A stretch of DNA of 32,000 nucleotides, from positions 2,640,001-2,672,000 of the forward strand of contig NC_000964.3 of assembly GCF_000009045.1 (NCBI RefSeq), read 5' to 3'. Shown piece by piece: positions 1-9,841 of this stretch. The stretch is from Bacillus subtilis subsp. subtilis str. 168 (lineage in GTDB: Bacteria > Bacillota > Bacilli > Bacillales > Bacillaceae). The translations under genes were made by a program, and so were the position numbers. The notes beneath the pieces are model-generated. The model ran no database searches. It worked only from the letters and a program-made list of their open reading frames with translations, and was not told the origin of the DNA. Within the stretch, counting starts at the first letter, position 1, and each line of letters begins with the position of its first letter.

Positions 1-446
1 TTCAGATCAACGATCATTTCATCGAGTTCAACCTGTTCAACAGTTACACCCGCCTGTTCAAATAATTCCTGCGCATACGGATGTGTTTTGTAATCCTCAG
101 CATAATAAACCGTTTTGATACCAGCTTGAATAATAGATTTGCAGCATTGAATGCACGGATAATGCGTCACATAAATCTCGGCTCCATCAGTCGGCACCCC
201 AAACTTAGAGCATTGAAGAATCGCATTCATTTCAGCGTGAATGGTTCTTGCGCAATGATCATCTATCATTAAGCATCCTTCATCTGCACAATGTACGCCG
301 CCCGCGATTGACCCATTGTAGCCTCCTGCTATCATGCGTTTGTCTCTGACTATAGTAGCGCCGACAGATAATCTCGGACATGTGCTGCGCAGCGCCAATA
401 AATGGCTTTGAGCCATAAAGTATTGATTCCATGAAATTCGTTCCAC
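1..446 (-). CDS. comEB: ComEB, dCMP deaminase-like late competence protein (3' end runs off the left edge)
   Basis: Minus-strand reading from GTG at 446 has no stop to the window edge: MERISWNQYFMAQSHLLALRSTCPRLSVGATIVRDKRMIAGGYNGS..., with zinc-deaminase motifs HAEMNAI and PCIQCC. Absent from the ORF track because it is truncated. Confidence 0.93.
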   Translation of the reverse strand, partial: MERISWNQYFMAQSHLLALRSTCPRLSVGATIVRDKRMIAGGYNGSIAGGVHCADEGCLMIDDHCARTIHAEMNAILQCSKFGVPTDGAEIYVTHYPCIQCCKSIIQAGIKTVYYAEDYKTHPYAQELFEQAGVTVEQVELDEMIVDL

Positions 447-512
447 GTTGTTCCCTCCAAATGTTGTGTTGCCTGACCTTTAGTTTACCTATCATAATGC
501 ATGACCGTCAAA

Positions 513-1130
513 TCACTTTACTGTAATGGAAGACTTTATTTTCTCAAATGACTTTTCACCTATTCCTGAAACCTTAGTGATATCTTCAATTGTTTGGAAA
601 CGACCGTTTTCCTCCCGGTATGCAATAATAGCTTCAGCTTTGGATGGCCCCACCCCTGAGATGCCTTGTAACTCCTCTAAGGTTGCTGTATTGATATTCA
701 CCAGCGCTCCCTTCCCTCCATCGCTTTGGACAGACCCTCCGCCACCTTGCTGCACTGCTGTTTCCTCTCCCTTTTTCGGGATGTACACCACTGTCCCGTC
801 CTGCAGAATCTCCGCCAAATTTACTTGCGCTTCGTCTGCTTGTTCACTGGTCCCGCCCGCTTTCTCAATTGCCTGAGATACTCTGTCCCCTGTTCGCATT
901 TCATAAACGCCAGGATGCTGAACAGCACCTTTGATGTCTATCACAATTGTTTCGTTTGACTCGTCGTTGTTTGCTTCCTGCTTTACCACTGTATTTTCTG
1001 TCTCTGTTGGTACAGCTTGCTTCACCGGCTCTTTATTTTTCCCTGTGGCCAGAAAGATCATAATCGCTGTGAAAACAGCCGCAGAAGCCGCTAAAATAAT
1101 TGCTTTCTTATGCTGATTCAACCAATTCAT
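513..1130 (-). CDS. comEA: ComEA, DNA-binding competence receptor with N-terminal TM segment, SLBB domain and C-terminal helix-hairpin-helix
   Basis: 205 aa ORF; N-terminal hydrophobic segment; HhH region VNINTATLEELQGISGVGPSKAEAIIAYREENG...IKTIEDITKVSGIGEKSFEKIK-type; adjacent to comEB. Confidence 0.97.
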   Translation of the reverse strand: MNWLNQHKKAIILAASAAVFTAIMIFLATGKNKEPVKQAVPTETENTVVKQEANNDESNETIVIDIKGAVQHPGVYEMRTGDRVSQAIEKAGGTSEQADEAQVNLAEILQDGTVVYIPKKGEETAVQQGGGGSVQSDGGKGALVNINTATLEELQGISGVGPSKAEAIIAYREENGRFQTIEDITKVSGIGEKSFEKIKSSITVK

Positions 1131-1213
1131 CGTGCATGTTCCCCGCTTTCGTCATATTTTATTTTCATAACACATATGGTTTAGAGGATAATAGCTCAAA
1201 GGAGGGGAAACCA

Positions 1214-2035
1214 TTGAAGATAGGCTTTATCGGCACAGGAAATATGGGTACGATCCTTATCGAATCATTTATTGAATCAAAAGCGGCCGATCCCTCAAAC
1301 ATGACAATCACAAACCGCACAATTGAAAAAGCGTTGCACATAAAAAACCGCTACAACAGCATAAACGTTACCGAAAGTCTCGAAAAGCTCGTTTCTGAAA
1401 ACGAGATGATTTTTATTTGTGTTAAGCCGCTTGATATATATCCTTTACTGGCAAGAGCGTTACCTTATTTAAGAAAAGATCATATTCTCATTTCAATTAC
1501 AAGCCCCGTTCAAACCGAACAGCTCGAACAATATGTGCCGTGTCAAGTGGCGCGAGTGATCCCAAGTATTACGAACAGAGCGCTGGCAGGTGTTTCTCTC
1601 GTCACTTTCGGCACAAGCTGCGGCGAATCTGCAAAAGCGAAAATCAATGAGCTGATGCAGCATATCTCTCATCCGCTGCAAATTGAAAGTGACATCACGA
1701 GGGTTGCATCAGACATCGTAAGCTGCGGCCCCGCTTTTATGAGCTATCTGATTCAGCGGTTTATAGATGCAGCTGTTTCGGAAACATCAGTGTCTAAACA
1801 GGACGCGATTTTGATGTGTAAGGAAATGCTTGTCGGAATGGGAAAACTGTTAGAAACCGAATTGTATACCCTGCCTGCATTACAGGAAAAGGTTTGCGTT
1901 AAAGGCGGTGTAACAGGAGAAGGCATTAAAGCGCTGGAAAGCGGTGTGCAGGATATGTTTCACCGGGTATTTCAAAATACTCATATGAAGTACGAGGAGG
2001 ATATTTCCGCAGTGAAAAAGCAGTTTCATGTGTAG
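1214..2035 (+). CDS. comER: ComER, pyrroline-5-carboxylate reductase-like protein (TTG start)
   Basis: In-frame TTG at 1214 preceded by AAAGGAGGGG; N-terminus (M)KIGFIGTGNMG Rossmann motif; divergent from comEA. The track ORF from 1100 is extended upstream. Confidence 0.93.
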   Translation: MKIGFIGTGNMGTILIESFIESKAADPSNMTITNRTIEKALHIKNRYNSINVTESLEKLVSENEMIFICVKPLDIYPLLARALPYLRKDHILISITSPVQTEQLEQYVPCQVARVIPSITNRALAGVSLVTFGTSCGESAKAKINELMQHISHPLQIESDITRVASDIVSCGPAFMSYLIQRFIDAAVSETSVSKQDAILMCKEMLVGMGKLLETELYTLPALQEKVCVKGGVTGEGIKALESGVQDMFHRVFQNTHMKYEEDISAVKKQFHV

Positions 2036-2088
2036 ACGAGTATGTCATACGTTCGTCTGTACTGCAAAAGCATAAAAAAGCATTTTAA

Positions 2089-2118
2089 AAAACCATCGTT
2101 TTAGGAAACGATGGTTTT
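2089..2118. terminator. Bidirectional intrinsic terminator between convergent comER and yqeM
   Basis: Perfect 13-bp stem AAAACCATCGTTT-TAGG-AAACGATGGTTTT flanked by A-rich and T-rich tracts; overlaps the yqeM stop codon. Confidence 0.85.
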
Positions 2119-2844
2119 TGATTTCTGCGCCTTGAAAAAGAGGCGTTCTGATTGTGCTGATGGCTCGGTATCCGTAAAATCAGCTGTCACGCGATGGAGC
2201 TGAAAGCCGCAGTTCTTAAGCATTTCTTCGTATTCTTCCACCGGGAACGTTCTTTGCTCGTGTGTCTCATCAAAACGATCATACGCTTCTCCGTTCCACA
2301 CAAAAAACGACATATCATGAATGACAGAAAGCTCGTCACTTCCGGCAAAGCTCTGCCAAATATAGCTGATATCTTCGTCCTGGTCAGCAAATGTGCTATC
2401 CGGAAAGACTTCCGCAATTTTAAAAGATGAATGAACATCAAACAGCAGGATGCCTTCAGGCTTTAATACCCGAAAAACACTTTTAAAGGTTTCGATCACA
2501 TCATTTTTTGTTTTTAAATAATTTAATGAGTCACAGCATATCACAACAGCGTCAAATTGACCGTCAAAGCCGGTAATCTCTCTCATATCCTGCTGAAGAA
2601 ATAAAATAGGCTGGCTACTCGATACCTTTTGCTGGGCGAAAGAAAGCATCTCTTCGCTGAGATCGATGCCTGTAACCTCGAAGCCTTTTTCGGCAAGCCG
2701 GATGGAGATTTCCCCCGTGCCGCATGCCAGATCGAGAATACGGCCTTTTTCCGGGAGAGATGCTTCAATCCATTTTGTCCATTGATCGTAAGGCGCGTGT
2801 GACATTAGCTCGTCATACACGCTTGCAAAGCCTTGATAAATCAT
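2101..2844 (-). CDS. yqeM: SAM-dependent class I methyltransferase
   Basis: 247 aa ORF with motif ILDLACGTGEISIRLAEKGFEVTGIDLSEEML; 4-bp overlap with the upstream gene. Confidence 0.92.
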   Translation of the reverse strand: MIYQGFASVYDELMSHAPYDQWTKWIEASLPEKGRILDLACGTGEISIRLAEKGFEVTGIDLSEEMLSFAQQKVSSSQPILFLQQDMREITGFDGQFDAVVICCDSLNYLKTKNDVIETFKSVFRVLKPEGILLFDVHSSFKIAEVFPDSTFADQDEDISYIWQSFAGSDELSVIHDMSFFVWNGEAYDRFDETHEQRTFPVEEYEEMLKNCGFQLHRVTADFTDTEPSAQSERLFFKAQKSKTIVS

Positions 2845-3197
2845 TGATTCATTCCAAAGTCAAGATCTGCGAGCGGAGCGTCTCCCCACAGCTTTTCAAG
2901 GTTGTAGTAGCTTCTTTCATCCTTGTGGAAGACATGGACAACTACATCGCCTAGATCAACGAGAACCCATCTTGCTTCATCAAAGCCTTCCATCTTTTTG
3001 ACTTGAATGCCGTTTTCATCAGCTTGATCCTTGATTTCACGGGCAATCGCCTGTACCTGTTTATCTGAATTTCCGTGGCAGATCAGAAAATAATCAGCAA
3101 CCAGAGAAATACCTTCCATATCCAGTGCTAAAATATCCTCTGCCCGTTTATCATCGCAAGCCGCAGCTGCGATCTTTAAAATGGACTTTTGGTTCAT
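2841..3197 (-). CDS. rsfS: Ribosomal silencing factor RsfS (YqeL)
   Basis: 118 aa ORF; characteristic GFDEARWVLVDLGDVVVHVFHKDERSYYNLEKLWGDAP. Confidence 0.95.
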   Translation of the reverse strand: MNQKSILKIAAAACDDKRAEDILALDMEGISLVADYFLICHGNSDKQVQAIAREIKDQADENGIQVKKMEGFDEARWVLVDLGDVVVHVFHKDERSYYNLEKLWGDAPLADLDFGMNQ

Positions 3198-3214
3198 TCA
3201 CAAATTCCTCCTGT

Positions 3215-3775
3215 TCAGCTGCCAGACACAAGCCAGTTATACGTTAAAAATGTGTCTGGAAAAACCGGTTGATTTTTTTTCATAAGAAAAACCATTGTAT
3301 TTTTAATGGACTGAATCAGCGCTTGATTCAAATCTGTCTCAGCAAGCTTACGCACCTCATCGACACCGGGAAATGCCCGGTTTGGCTCAATGTAATCGGC
3401 AACGTAAATGACTTTTTCTAAAAGTGTCATGCCGGGGCGGCCTGAGGTATGATACCTAATGGCGTCAAGAATGTCTTCATCTTGAACCCCTGCCTCTCTT
3501 TGGACCAAATAAGCGCCGACCGGAGCGTGCCAGAGCTCCGGATTATGATCCAATAAATGCGCAGGCATTTTTTCACGCGCAATAATTTGTTTCATTTCTT
3601 CTTTCGGGCGGAATTTGGCGTAATCATGAAAGATTGCCGCTATTTCCGCTTTTTTAGAATCGGCTCCAAAACGCTCCGCAAGTTCGATCGCCGTGTTCAT
3701 CACGCCAACCGTATGGATATATCGGTGTTCGGTCAATTGCTGCTTCACGCATGCAAGTGCCTCCTCACGATTCAT
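3215..3775 (-). CDS. yqeK: HD-domain hydrolase YqeK (Ap4A hydrolase family)
   Basis: HD motif [11 protein letters not shown]; [14 protein letters not shown] start at 3775; between rsfS and nadD. Confidence 0.93.
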   Translation of the reverse strand: MNREEALACVKQQLTEHRYIHTVGVMNTAIELAERFGADSKKAEIAAIFHDYAKFRPKEEMKQIIAREKMPAHLLDHNPELWHAPVGAYLVQREAGVQDEDILDAIRYHTSGRPGMTLLEKVIYVADYIEPNRAFPGVDEVRKLAETDLNQALIQSIKNTMVFLMKKNQPVFPDTFLTYNWLVSGS

Positions 3776-4334
3776 ATAAACCATTCTCCTCTACATACTT
3801 CTTCACTTTATCAGGGATTAAGTAGTCAGTGGGCTTCTTGCTTTTAAACCGTTCCCTTATCATAGTTGATGATACCTCAAATTCCGGAACGTCTGCAAAG
3901 AGAAGCGGATAAGGGGTTTCAACATGAAAACCGGGGCGCTTTACTCCAATAAATTGAATGAGGTTCAGCAGCTCGTCCAGCTTATACCATTTCGGCAAAT
4001 ATTCAATCATATCAGCGCCGATAATAAAGAACAGCTGATCATTTGGATAACGCTGCTTCAGTAAAGAAACGGTATCAAAGGTATATGATGGCCCTTCTCT
4101 TTCCATTTCAACAAGCTCCAGCTTAAAGGACGGATTAGATTGAATTGCAAGCTTTAGCATTTCCACGCGATGAAAGCTGTCGGTATAGTCTTCGTTCTGT
4201 TTATGCGGCGGAATTTGATTAGGCATAAACCAAATTTCATCAAGCCCCGCCTGGTACAGCACCTCATTCGCCATTAAGAGGTGACCATTATGCGGAGGGT
4301 CAAACGTGCCTCCGAAAATTCCGATTTTCTTCAT
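3765..4334 (-). CDS. nadD: Nicotinate-nucleotide adenylyltransferase
   Basis: [25 protein letters not shown], nucleotidyltransferase motifs (T/H)xGH and [11 protein letters not shown]. Confidence 0.96.
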   Translation of the reverse strand: MKKIGIFGGTFDPPHNGHLLMANEVLYQAGLDEIWFMPNQIPPHKQNEDYTDSFHRVEMLKLAIQSNPSFKLELVEMEREGPSYTFDTVSLLKQRYPNDQLFFIIGADMIEYLPKWYKLDELLNLIQFIGVKRPGFHVETPYPLLFADVPEFEVSSTMIRERFKSKKPTDYLIPDKVKKYVEENGLYES

Positions 4335-4345
4335 TTCAACCACCT

Positions 4346-4636
4346 TTAAGGAAGCTCGATTTGTTTATTTTCCTTTGATTCCTTATATAACACAATCGTA
4401 TTGCCGATTGTCTGCACCAATTGAGAGCGGCTTCCTTTTACAAGAGCTTCCGCTACATCGTTTTTATCCTCTTCGCAATTCTGAAGCACGCTGACTTTAA
4501 TCAGCTCTCTCGCTTCAAGCGCCTCAGCAATTTGTTTAATCATGTTGTCGTTTACTCCGCCTTTACCTACTTGAAAAATCGGCGTTAAATGATGCGCTTT
4601 TGAACGCAAAAAACGTTTTTGTTTACCTGTTAACAT
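4346..4636 (-). CDS. yqeI: CRM-domain RNA-binding protein (YhbY family)
   Basis: 96 aa [39 protein letters not shown], typical YhbY/CRM. Confidence 0.94.
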   Translation of the reverse strand: MLTGKQKRFLRSKAHHLTPIFQVGKGGVNDNMIKQIAEALEARELIKVSVLQNCEEDKNDVAEALVKGSRSQLVQTIGNTIVLYKESKENKQIELP

Positions 4637-5472
4637 TCTGTTCCTCCTAATTTTCCTATTACAATAGATCTCATTTTTTCAATATTAGGCTCTTGTCCAG
4701 TCCACAATTGGAAAGACAATGCTGCCTGTTCAACAAACATGCCCACACCATCGAGTGTTTTCAAGCCTTTTTGGCTTGCTTCTTTTAAAAGTGCCGTCTG
4801 TATTGGATTATACACGATATCACATACGACGGCACTGCTCGCGGCACGCTGTAATGAAAGCGGCACATCGTCCACGTTCGGATACATGCCCACAGACGTT
4901 GTATGGATGATAACATCATACTGCTCAAGACGTTCTTCTGCTTCTTTTATGCTTAATACTTCTTTATTGTGAAACGAGGGAGTAGCTTCTGTAAGCCGCT
5001 TTGCTTTTTCTAACGTCCGGTTGCAAATGTCAAATTTTTTCGGGGTATTTCGGACAATTGTTGTAAAAATGGCTCTCGCCGCTCCGCCAGCGCCGATCAT
5101 TAAGAATGACAGTTCAGAGATGGGCTTGTCTAATACCTTCATTAATGACTTCACGAAGCCTTCCCCATCGGTATTGTATCCGACAAGCTTATCTCCCTCT
5201 CTTCTGACCGTGTTTACGGCACCGAGCACTTTTGCACTCTCATCAATATGATCCAAATAATCCATAATGGAAACCTTGTGCGGAACAGTCACATTGATTC
5301 CTTGTACGCCTAGAGCTCTTATTCCTTTTACCGCATCCTCCAGATCATTCTCTTCTACCTTGAAGGCATGATAATGTCCGTCAAGCCCGAGGTCTTTCAA
5401 TGATGCGTTATGAATATCAGGTGACATAGAATGGCCAATAGGATTTCCGATAACCCCGTACAGCTTTTTCAT
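4630..5472 (-). CDS. aroE: Shikimate dehydrogenase
   Basis: MKKLYGVIGNPIGHSMSPDIHNASLKDLGLDGHYHAF... and GVQGINVTVPHK; GAGGAARAI nucleotide-binding motif. Confidence 0.96.
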   Translation of the reverse strand: MKKLYGVIGNPIGHSMSPDIHNASLKDLGLDGHYHAFKVEENDLEDAVKGIRALGVQGINVTVPHKVSIMDYLDHIDESAKVLGAVNTVRREGDKLVGYNTDGEGFVKSLMKVLDKPISELSFLMIGAGGAARAIFTTIVRNTPKKFDICNRTLEKAKRLTEATPSFHNKEVLSIKEAEERLEQYDVIIHTTSVGMYPNVDDVPLSLQRAASSAVVCDIVYNPIQTALLKEASQKGLKTLDGVGMFVEQAALSFQLWTGQEPNIEKMRSIVIGKLGGTEC

Positions 5473-5489
5473 ACACCTCTCCCCTTTTC

Positions 5490-6590
5490 TTAAATTAATG
5501 AACGCCGAACAAATACATGAACGCCTTTTGGCGCGTATGCAGTTACCTTTTTATCAGCGTCATGGACAGTAACCCAGCCTAACCCAGAGAAAACGATATC
5601 TGTCTTTTTGTCTTTTATCGTAAACGTATGGGCGACCAATTCAGGAAACTCATCCATTTCATCTTTACCCGGAGGTGTGAGCAATTCCCCTGCATGCTTT
5701 TCATAAAGCGCGTCTGCATTTTCAAGTTTTGTTCTATGAATCATCAGCTCATTCGGCATATAGCAAATAAAAGGAGATCTTTCCCCAGACACATAATCAA
5801 ACCTTGCAAGTCCGCCAAAATACAGTGTTTGCTGATCATTAAGCTGGAATGTGCGAGGCTTCAGCTCCTTTTTAGGAGATAATATTTTCAGGTCCTTTTT
5901 ATTGACATAATGCGCCATTTGATGGTTGTTGATAATTCCCGGTGTATCATAAAGCGATGAACCGTCATCCAGCGGGATTTCAATCGCATCAAGGGTTGTG
6001 CCAGGAAATTGGGATGTTGTAATAATATCTTCTTCACCTGACACTTCTTTAATAATCCGGTTAATAAAGGTTGACTTTCCTACATTTGTACATCCGACAA
6101 CATAGACGTCTTTTCCGTTGCGGTAATGCTCAATCGCGTCAATTACTTCTCTGATTCCCTGGCCGCGACCCGCACTGACCAAAAATACGTCAACCGGTTT
6201 TAAGCCAAGCTCTTTCGCTTCACGCTTCATCCATTGGATCAGACGCTCTCTTTTCAGTGACTTAGGCAAAATATCCGCTTTATTGCCAACTAATAAGATA
6301 GGGTTTCCCCCCACCAAGCGCTGCAGCCCATTAATCCAGCTGCCGTTAAAATCAAAAATATCAACAATTTTTACGACCAGAGAGTCCGTTTCTCCAATAC
6401 CGTGAAGAATGTTCAAAAAATCATCATCAGTTAAGGAGACATCTTGTATTTCATTATAGTTTTTCAGTCTGAAGCAACGCTGGCAAATCACATTTTCTTT
6501 CGTAAGCGATGCAGGCGGCGCGTACCCCAAACCTGTTTTGTCCTCGGTTTGGATCGTAACTCCGCACCCGATACAAACAACCTTTTCCAT
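5490..6590 (-). CDS. yqeH: Circularly permuted ribosome-assembly GTPase YqeH
   Basis: N-terminal CxGC...CQRCF zinc motif; permuted GTPase motifs NKADILP (G4) before GCTNVGKSTFIN (G1). Confidence 0.96.
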   Translation of the reverse strand: MEKVVCIGCGVTIQTEDKTGLGYAPPASLTKENVICQRCFRLKNYNEIQDVSLTDDDFLNILHGIGETDSLVVKIVDIFDFNGSWINGLQRLVGGNPILLVGNKADILPKSLKRERLIQWMKREAKELGLKPVDVFLVSAGRGQGIREVIDAIEHYRNGKDVYVVGCTNVGKSTFINRIIKEVSGEEDIITTSQFPGTTLDAIEIPLDDGSSLYDTPGIINNHQMAHYVNKKDLKILSPKKELKPRTFQLNDQQTLYFGGLARFDYVSGERSPFICYMPNELMIHRTKLENADALYEKHAGELLTPPGKDEMDEFPELVAHTFTIKDKKTDIVFSGLGWVTVHDADKKVTAYAPKGVHVFVRRSLI

Positions 6591-6593
6591 TTC

Positions 6594-7112
6594 TTACTCC
6601 TCCCACTGAATGTGCCCTTTTCGTTTGAGAGCACTCAGTATTCTGCGTTCGACCTGGCGGTTAAAGCGCGTAATGAATCCGTCAGAGGAAGCGACTGGCA
6701 CGACCAAAATCGTATGGTAGCCGTTTCGGTTTCCCCCGAGTACATCGGTCAGCAGCTGGTCTCCGATGACAACGCAGTCCTCTTTTTTCAGCTCCATATT
6801 GCGCACCGCTCTATTAAAGGCTTTACCCATCGGTTTTCTTGCTTTATAGATGAATGGGATTCCAAGCGGTTCTGAGAAAAGTTTCACTCTTCTTTCGTTA
6901 TTATTAGAGACAATTGTCACTTTAATGCCGTGTTCCTTCATTTCTTCAAACCACTCGATCAATCGCGGCGTCGCGTTCGGCCTGTCCCATTCAACAAGCG
7001 TATTATCCAGGTCAGTAATAATTCCTTTTACATTTCGTTCCTTTAATTTCTCAGGTGTAATATGAAAAATATTTTTTACAAACTCGTCAGGTAAAAAAAA
7101 CTTTTTTAACAA
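6594..7112 (-). CDS. yqeG: HAD-superfamily phosphatase YqeG (TTG start)
   Basis: 172 aa from TTG at 7112; HAD motif GIITDLDNTLVEW and GDQLLTDVLGG. Confidence 0.93.
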   Translation of the reverse strand: MLKKFFLPDEFVKNIFHITPEKLKERNVKGIITDLDNTLVEWDRPNATPRLIEWFEEMKEHGIKVTIVSNNNERRVKLFSEPLGIPFIYKARKPMGKAFNRAVRNMELKKEDCVVIGDQLLTDVLGGNRNGYHTILVVPVASSDGFITRFNRQVERRILSALKRKGHIQWEE

Positions 7113-7228
7113 AACCCGCACCCTTCCCTTTTTCTTTCTTTCAAAATGATTGTCGAAAAAAATCGAACTTGCGCCTAAAGAAAAACTGAGCAAAAAAATT
7201 TCGACAAAAATTGGGTTTCTTCACCAGG

Positions 7229-7328
7229 TGTGGATAAATTTACACACACTATCCACTCTTATTACATCACTCTTTAGACAAATTATAAACACGATACTCA
7301 CAAGTTATCCACTTTTTGGTGTGGATAA
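7229..7328. promoter_or_regulatory. DnaA-box cluster upstream of sda
   Basis: TGTGGATAA at 7229-7237 and 7320-7328 (exact reverse complement of TTATCCACA); TTATCCACT at 7305-7313 (8/9); CTATCCACT at 7249-7257 (7/9). Confidence 0.85.
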
Positions 7329-7336
7329 CAGAACGA

Positions 7337-7365
7337 TTGTTCTTATATGCATTTCATGGTAGATT
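7337..7365 (+). promoter_or_regulatory. Candidate sigma-A promoter for sda
   Basis: TTGTTC (7337-7342), 17-nt spacer, TAGATT (7360-7365), directly downstream of the DnaA boxes. Confidence 0.45.
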
Positions 7366-7440
7366 AAAGATAACTTCAACCTCAGATGAATGCAACTTAT
7401 CATTGTATGCGTTAAAATCATGAATGATTCCAACTTTTAA

Positions 7441-7614
<174 letters not shown>

Positions 7615-7713
7615 TAGGAATTTGTCTATTTTTTCCGGGCGTATTTCCTTTTTTTACTCAGATGACTGATATTATATCACTTTGGCTGCGCGCTTTACTA
7701 CTATTTTCAGCAA

Positions 7714-7739
7714 AAAACACCCCTAAAAAGAGGTGTTTT
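7714..7739. terminator. Intrinsic terminator hairpin between sda and the 30 aa ORF
   Basis: AAAACACCCCT-AAAA-AGAGGTGTTTT, 11-bp stem with one G:U-type pair. Confidence 0.7.
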
Positions 7740-7752
7740 AAAGGGCCGGTTA

Positions 7753-7845
7753 TTATGCTAACCAGTATATGCCGCCCACAACAAGGAGAACAACAACTAA
7801 AACAACAATAAAAGCGTATCCATATGCTCTGCCTGCGCCATACAT
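7753..7845 (-). CDS. 30 aa Gly/Tyr-rich plus hydrophobic peptide, YjcZ-family-like
   Basis: AAGGAGGCG SD then ATG: MYGAGRAYGYAFIVVLVVVLLVVGGIYWLA*; length divisible by 3. Not in the ORF track. Confidence 0.75.
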   Translation of the reverse strand: MYGAGRAYGYAFIVVLVVVLLVVGGIYWLA

Positions 7846-7919
7846 GTGAAGCGCCTCCTTAATAAGGTTTTATAACAGCCTATGTAGGAGAAATAAATCG
7901 GACTAGGCGGTTGTCCGGC

Positions 7920-8651
7920 TCAACGCTGCAGGATCTGCCCATCTTGTATTCCTTCATATACGATCCTTGCCCCTTTAGGTGTCATATGATTTCCAGAAGG
8001 ATCTATAAGACCAGATTGGATAAGCGCTTCATCAGTTGCTTTTCCGCCGTCTGCTTCTATAAAATGCTTCCAGTTATCTACAAGAGGGACATCCAGGCGC
8101 TTCGACACATCTCTTGTAATATCGTTATATGAGTTGTGCCATTTCCTTGCTCCGCCTTTTGGTTCAAAAGCAGCTGCTTGATATCTGGAATAGTAAAACA
8201 AATGATGCTTCCCATTACCTTCTATAATTGGGATACACGTCATTAAGATTGGCTTGATCCCGTGTTTTCTGCTTTCTTCAATAAAATAAACCAGATTTTC
8301 TCTAAAACGCTGCTTCGACACTCTCGGTTTCCCCTCAGTCAGTATGGCAGCGTCATTGGTTCCGAACATAATAAACAAATACTTCGGTTTTTGATCCAGC
8401 ACATCTGTCTGAAATCGGAGACGGGCATCCTCTGTCGTCTGTCCGCCGATTCCCGCATTGAGTATATCAAGGTTACCGCGCTCAGCTGTTTTTAATATAT
8501 TGACCCACTGCTGTGCTTTTGGATAATCGCGATAATCCCAATTAGAGCCACGCGTATTACTGTCACCAAATGCTACAACGTCTTCGTATCCCCTTCCCTC
8601 GCATCCTGCTGTAACGAACAGCAGAAGGAAAAGGATGATAAAATGTTTCAT
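7920..8651 (-). CDS. yqeF: SGNH/GDSL-family hydrolase, predicted lipoprotein
   Basis: Signal with lipobox-like VTAGC; block GDSNTRG, GTND, and C-terminal DPSGNHMTPKG. Confidence 0.9.
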   Translation of the reverse strand: MKHFIILFLLLFVTAGCEGRGYEDVVAFGDSNTRGSNWDYRDYPKAQQWVNILKTAERGNLDILNAGIGGQTTEDARLRFQTDVLDQKPKYLFIMFGTNDAAILTEGKPRVSKQRFRENLVYFIEESRKHGIKPILMTCIPIIEGNGKHHLFYYSRYQAAAFEPKGGARKWHNSYNDITRDVSKRLDVPLVDNWKHFIEADGGKATDEALIQSGLIDPSGNHMTPKGARIVYEGIQDGQILQR

Positions 8652-8902
8652 CTTTACACCCCCAAAAGCCTCACTTTAATGTTATACCTCTGTTTCTCTT
8701 CGTTCAATGAAGAGTTTTTCGCTATCACTGTTTTTTCCTATAGTTAACGTGTCCCCCTCAGTGAATATCATTCTGCTTTCATTGCGGCGCAGCTGATGAT
8801 TTTTTAAAATTCCCTTCTTTCCAATCTGAAAAACACACAAACCAAAGAAAAGAAAATAACCTGAATCCGCACTGGAAACAGGTTATCCGTTAAATCCTGC
8901 AT

Positions 8903-9655
8903 TTACTTTAACTTCGATTTAAGCTTGGCCTTTGTTTTTGGCCCATAAATCCCGTCTGCAGTTAATCCGTTCATGAGTTGAAAACGCTTGACGGCATTCG
9001 CTGTTTTCGGTCCGTAAACTCCATCTATGCCATTGTTTTTGGCTCCCTTATCAGGGTAAAAGTGAAGTACAGCTAAAGCCTTTTGCAGCTGGAGAATGTT
9101 TGTGCCCTTTCGATAAGGCGAAGTGAGCTTTATAACCCCAGACGGCAGAGGATATGATGGTGAAGTTTCTTTTGGAGGTGTATCCGAGGAAGAAATTCCG
9201 TTTAGAAAAGAGTTCCAGTGGTCCAAGAGTTTCCGCGGACATTCTTTCCCGGACCACTTTTTGTGGGGAACAACACGATTTAACGGAATATTGTTTTCCT
9301 TCATCAGCTTTCTGATCAGCCACTGGGCATTTGATGTTGCTTTTTCAAAATCGCCGTCAGCATTTTCACAGATTTCAATCCCGATCGATTTGCGGTTTCC
9401 TGTCCCGTTTGTACCGTCTCCCGCATGCCAGCCGTTTTCATCTATCGGGAGATGCTGATAAATGACTGAATCGTCAACTGTAAAATGCCAGCTTTCGGAT
9501 GTGTTCGGGTTTTTCACAAACTTGGCGTGCATTTTCGCATCAGCGCCTTTGGCTGTATTCGCTGTATTATGCACCGTAATATAAGCAGGCGCCATCGCAT
9601 AGCCAGGACGATTATCATTTGATACCGGTATAAAATCCTTTTTTATGGTTACCAT
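8903..9655 (-). CDS. cwlH: N-acetylmuramoyl-L-alanine amidase (Amidase_2 plus C-terminal peptidoglycan-binding domain)
   Basis: YITVHNTANTAKGADAK..., SWHFTVDD, GDGTNGTGNRKSIGIEIC, IDGVYGPKTANAVKRFQ. Confidence 0.93.
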   Translation of the reverse strand: MVTIKKDFIPVSNDNRPGYAMAPAYITVHNTANTAKGADAKMHAKFVKNPNTSESWHFTVDDSVIYQHLPIDENGWHAGDGTNGTGNRKSIGIEICENADGDFEKATSNAQWLIRKLMKENNIPLNRVVPHKKWSGKECPRKLLDHWNSFLNGISSSDTPPKETSPSYPLPSGVIKLTSPYRKGTNILQLQKALAVLHFYPDKGAKNNGIDGVYGPKTANAVKRFQLMNGLTADGIYGPKTKAKLKSKLK

Positions 9656-9841
9656 TTCTATCCCTCCCTATTAATAAGAATGCAGAAAACAGAGAGATGG
9701 ACAGCCTTTTTTATGAGGTAAAAAAGAATTGTGTTCTTAACCTGGTTTTCAGTTGAACAGCTGAAATGGCACCAGTTATACTAATTTAGATGACGGAGGT
9801 TTTGACTCCTGACATCACCTAAGTTGGGAGTGACCATAGAC

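Noticed and set aside
526-876. Plus-strand ORFs opposite comEA (526..876, 726..959, 931..1116)
   Set aside because: Shadow ORFs complementary to a well-supported CDS, with low-complexity Pro/Ser/Cys content.
2187-5882. Numerous 60-100 aa opposite-strand ORFs across the yqeM-yqeH operon (e.g. 2187..2441, 3557..3847, 4719..4910, 5628..5882)
   Set aside because: Antisense shadows of conserved genes, with no SD or recognisable domain.
6444-6875. 143 aa plus-strand ORF opposite yqeH/yqeG
   Set aside because: Spans two conserved minus-strand genes and reads as a complement artefact.
7150-7362. 70 aa plus-strand ORF through the DnaA-box region upstream of sda
   Set aside because: Lys-rich start antisense to the yqeG upstream region; it ends in the candidate sda -10. 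Better explained as regulatory DNA.
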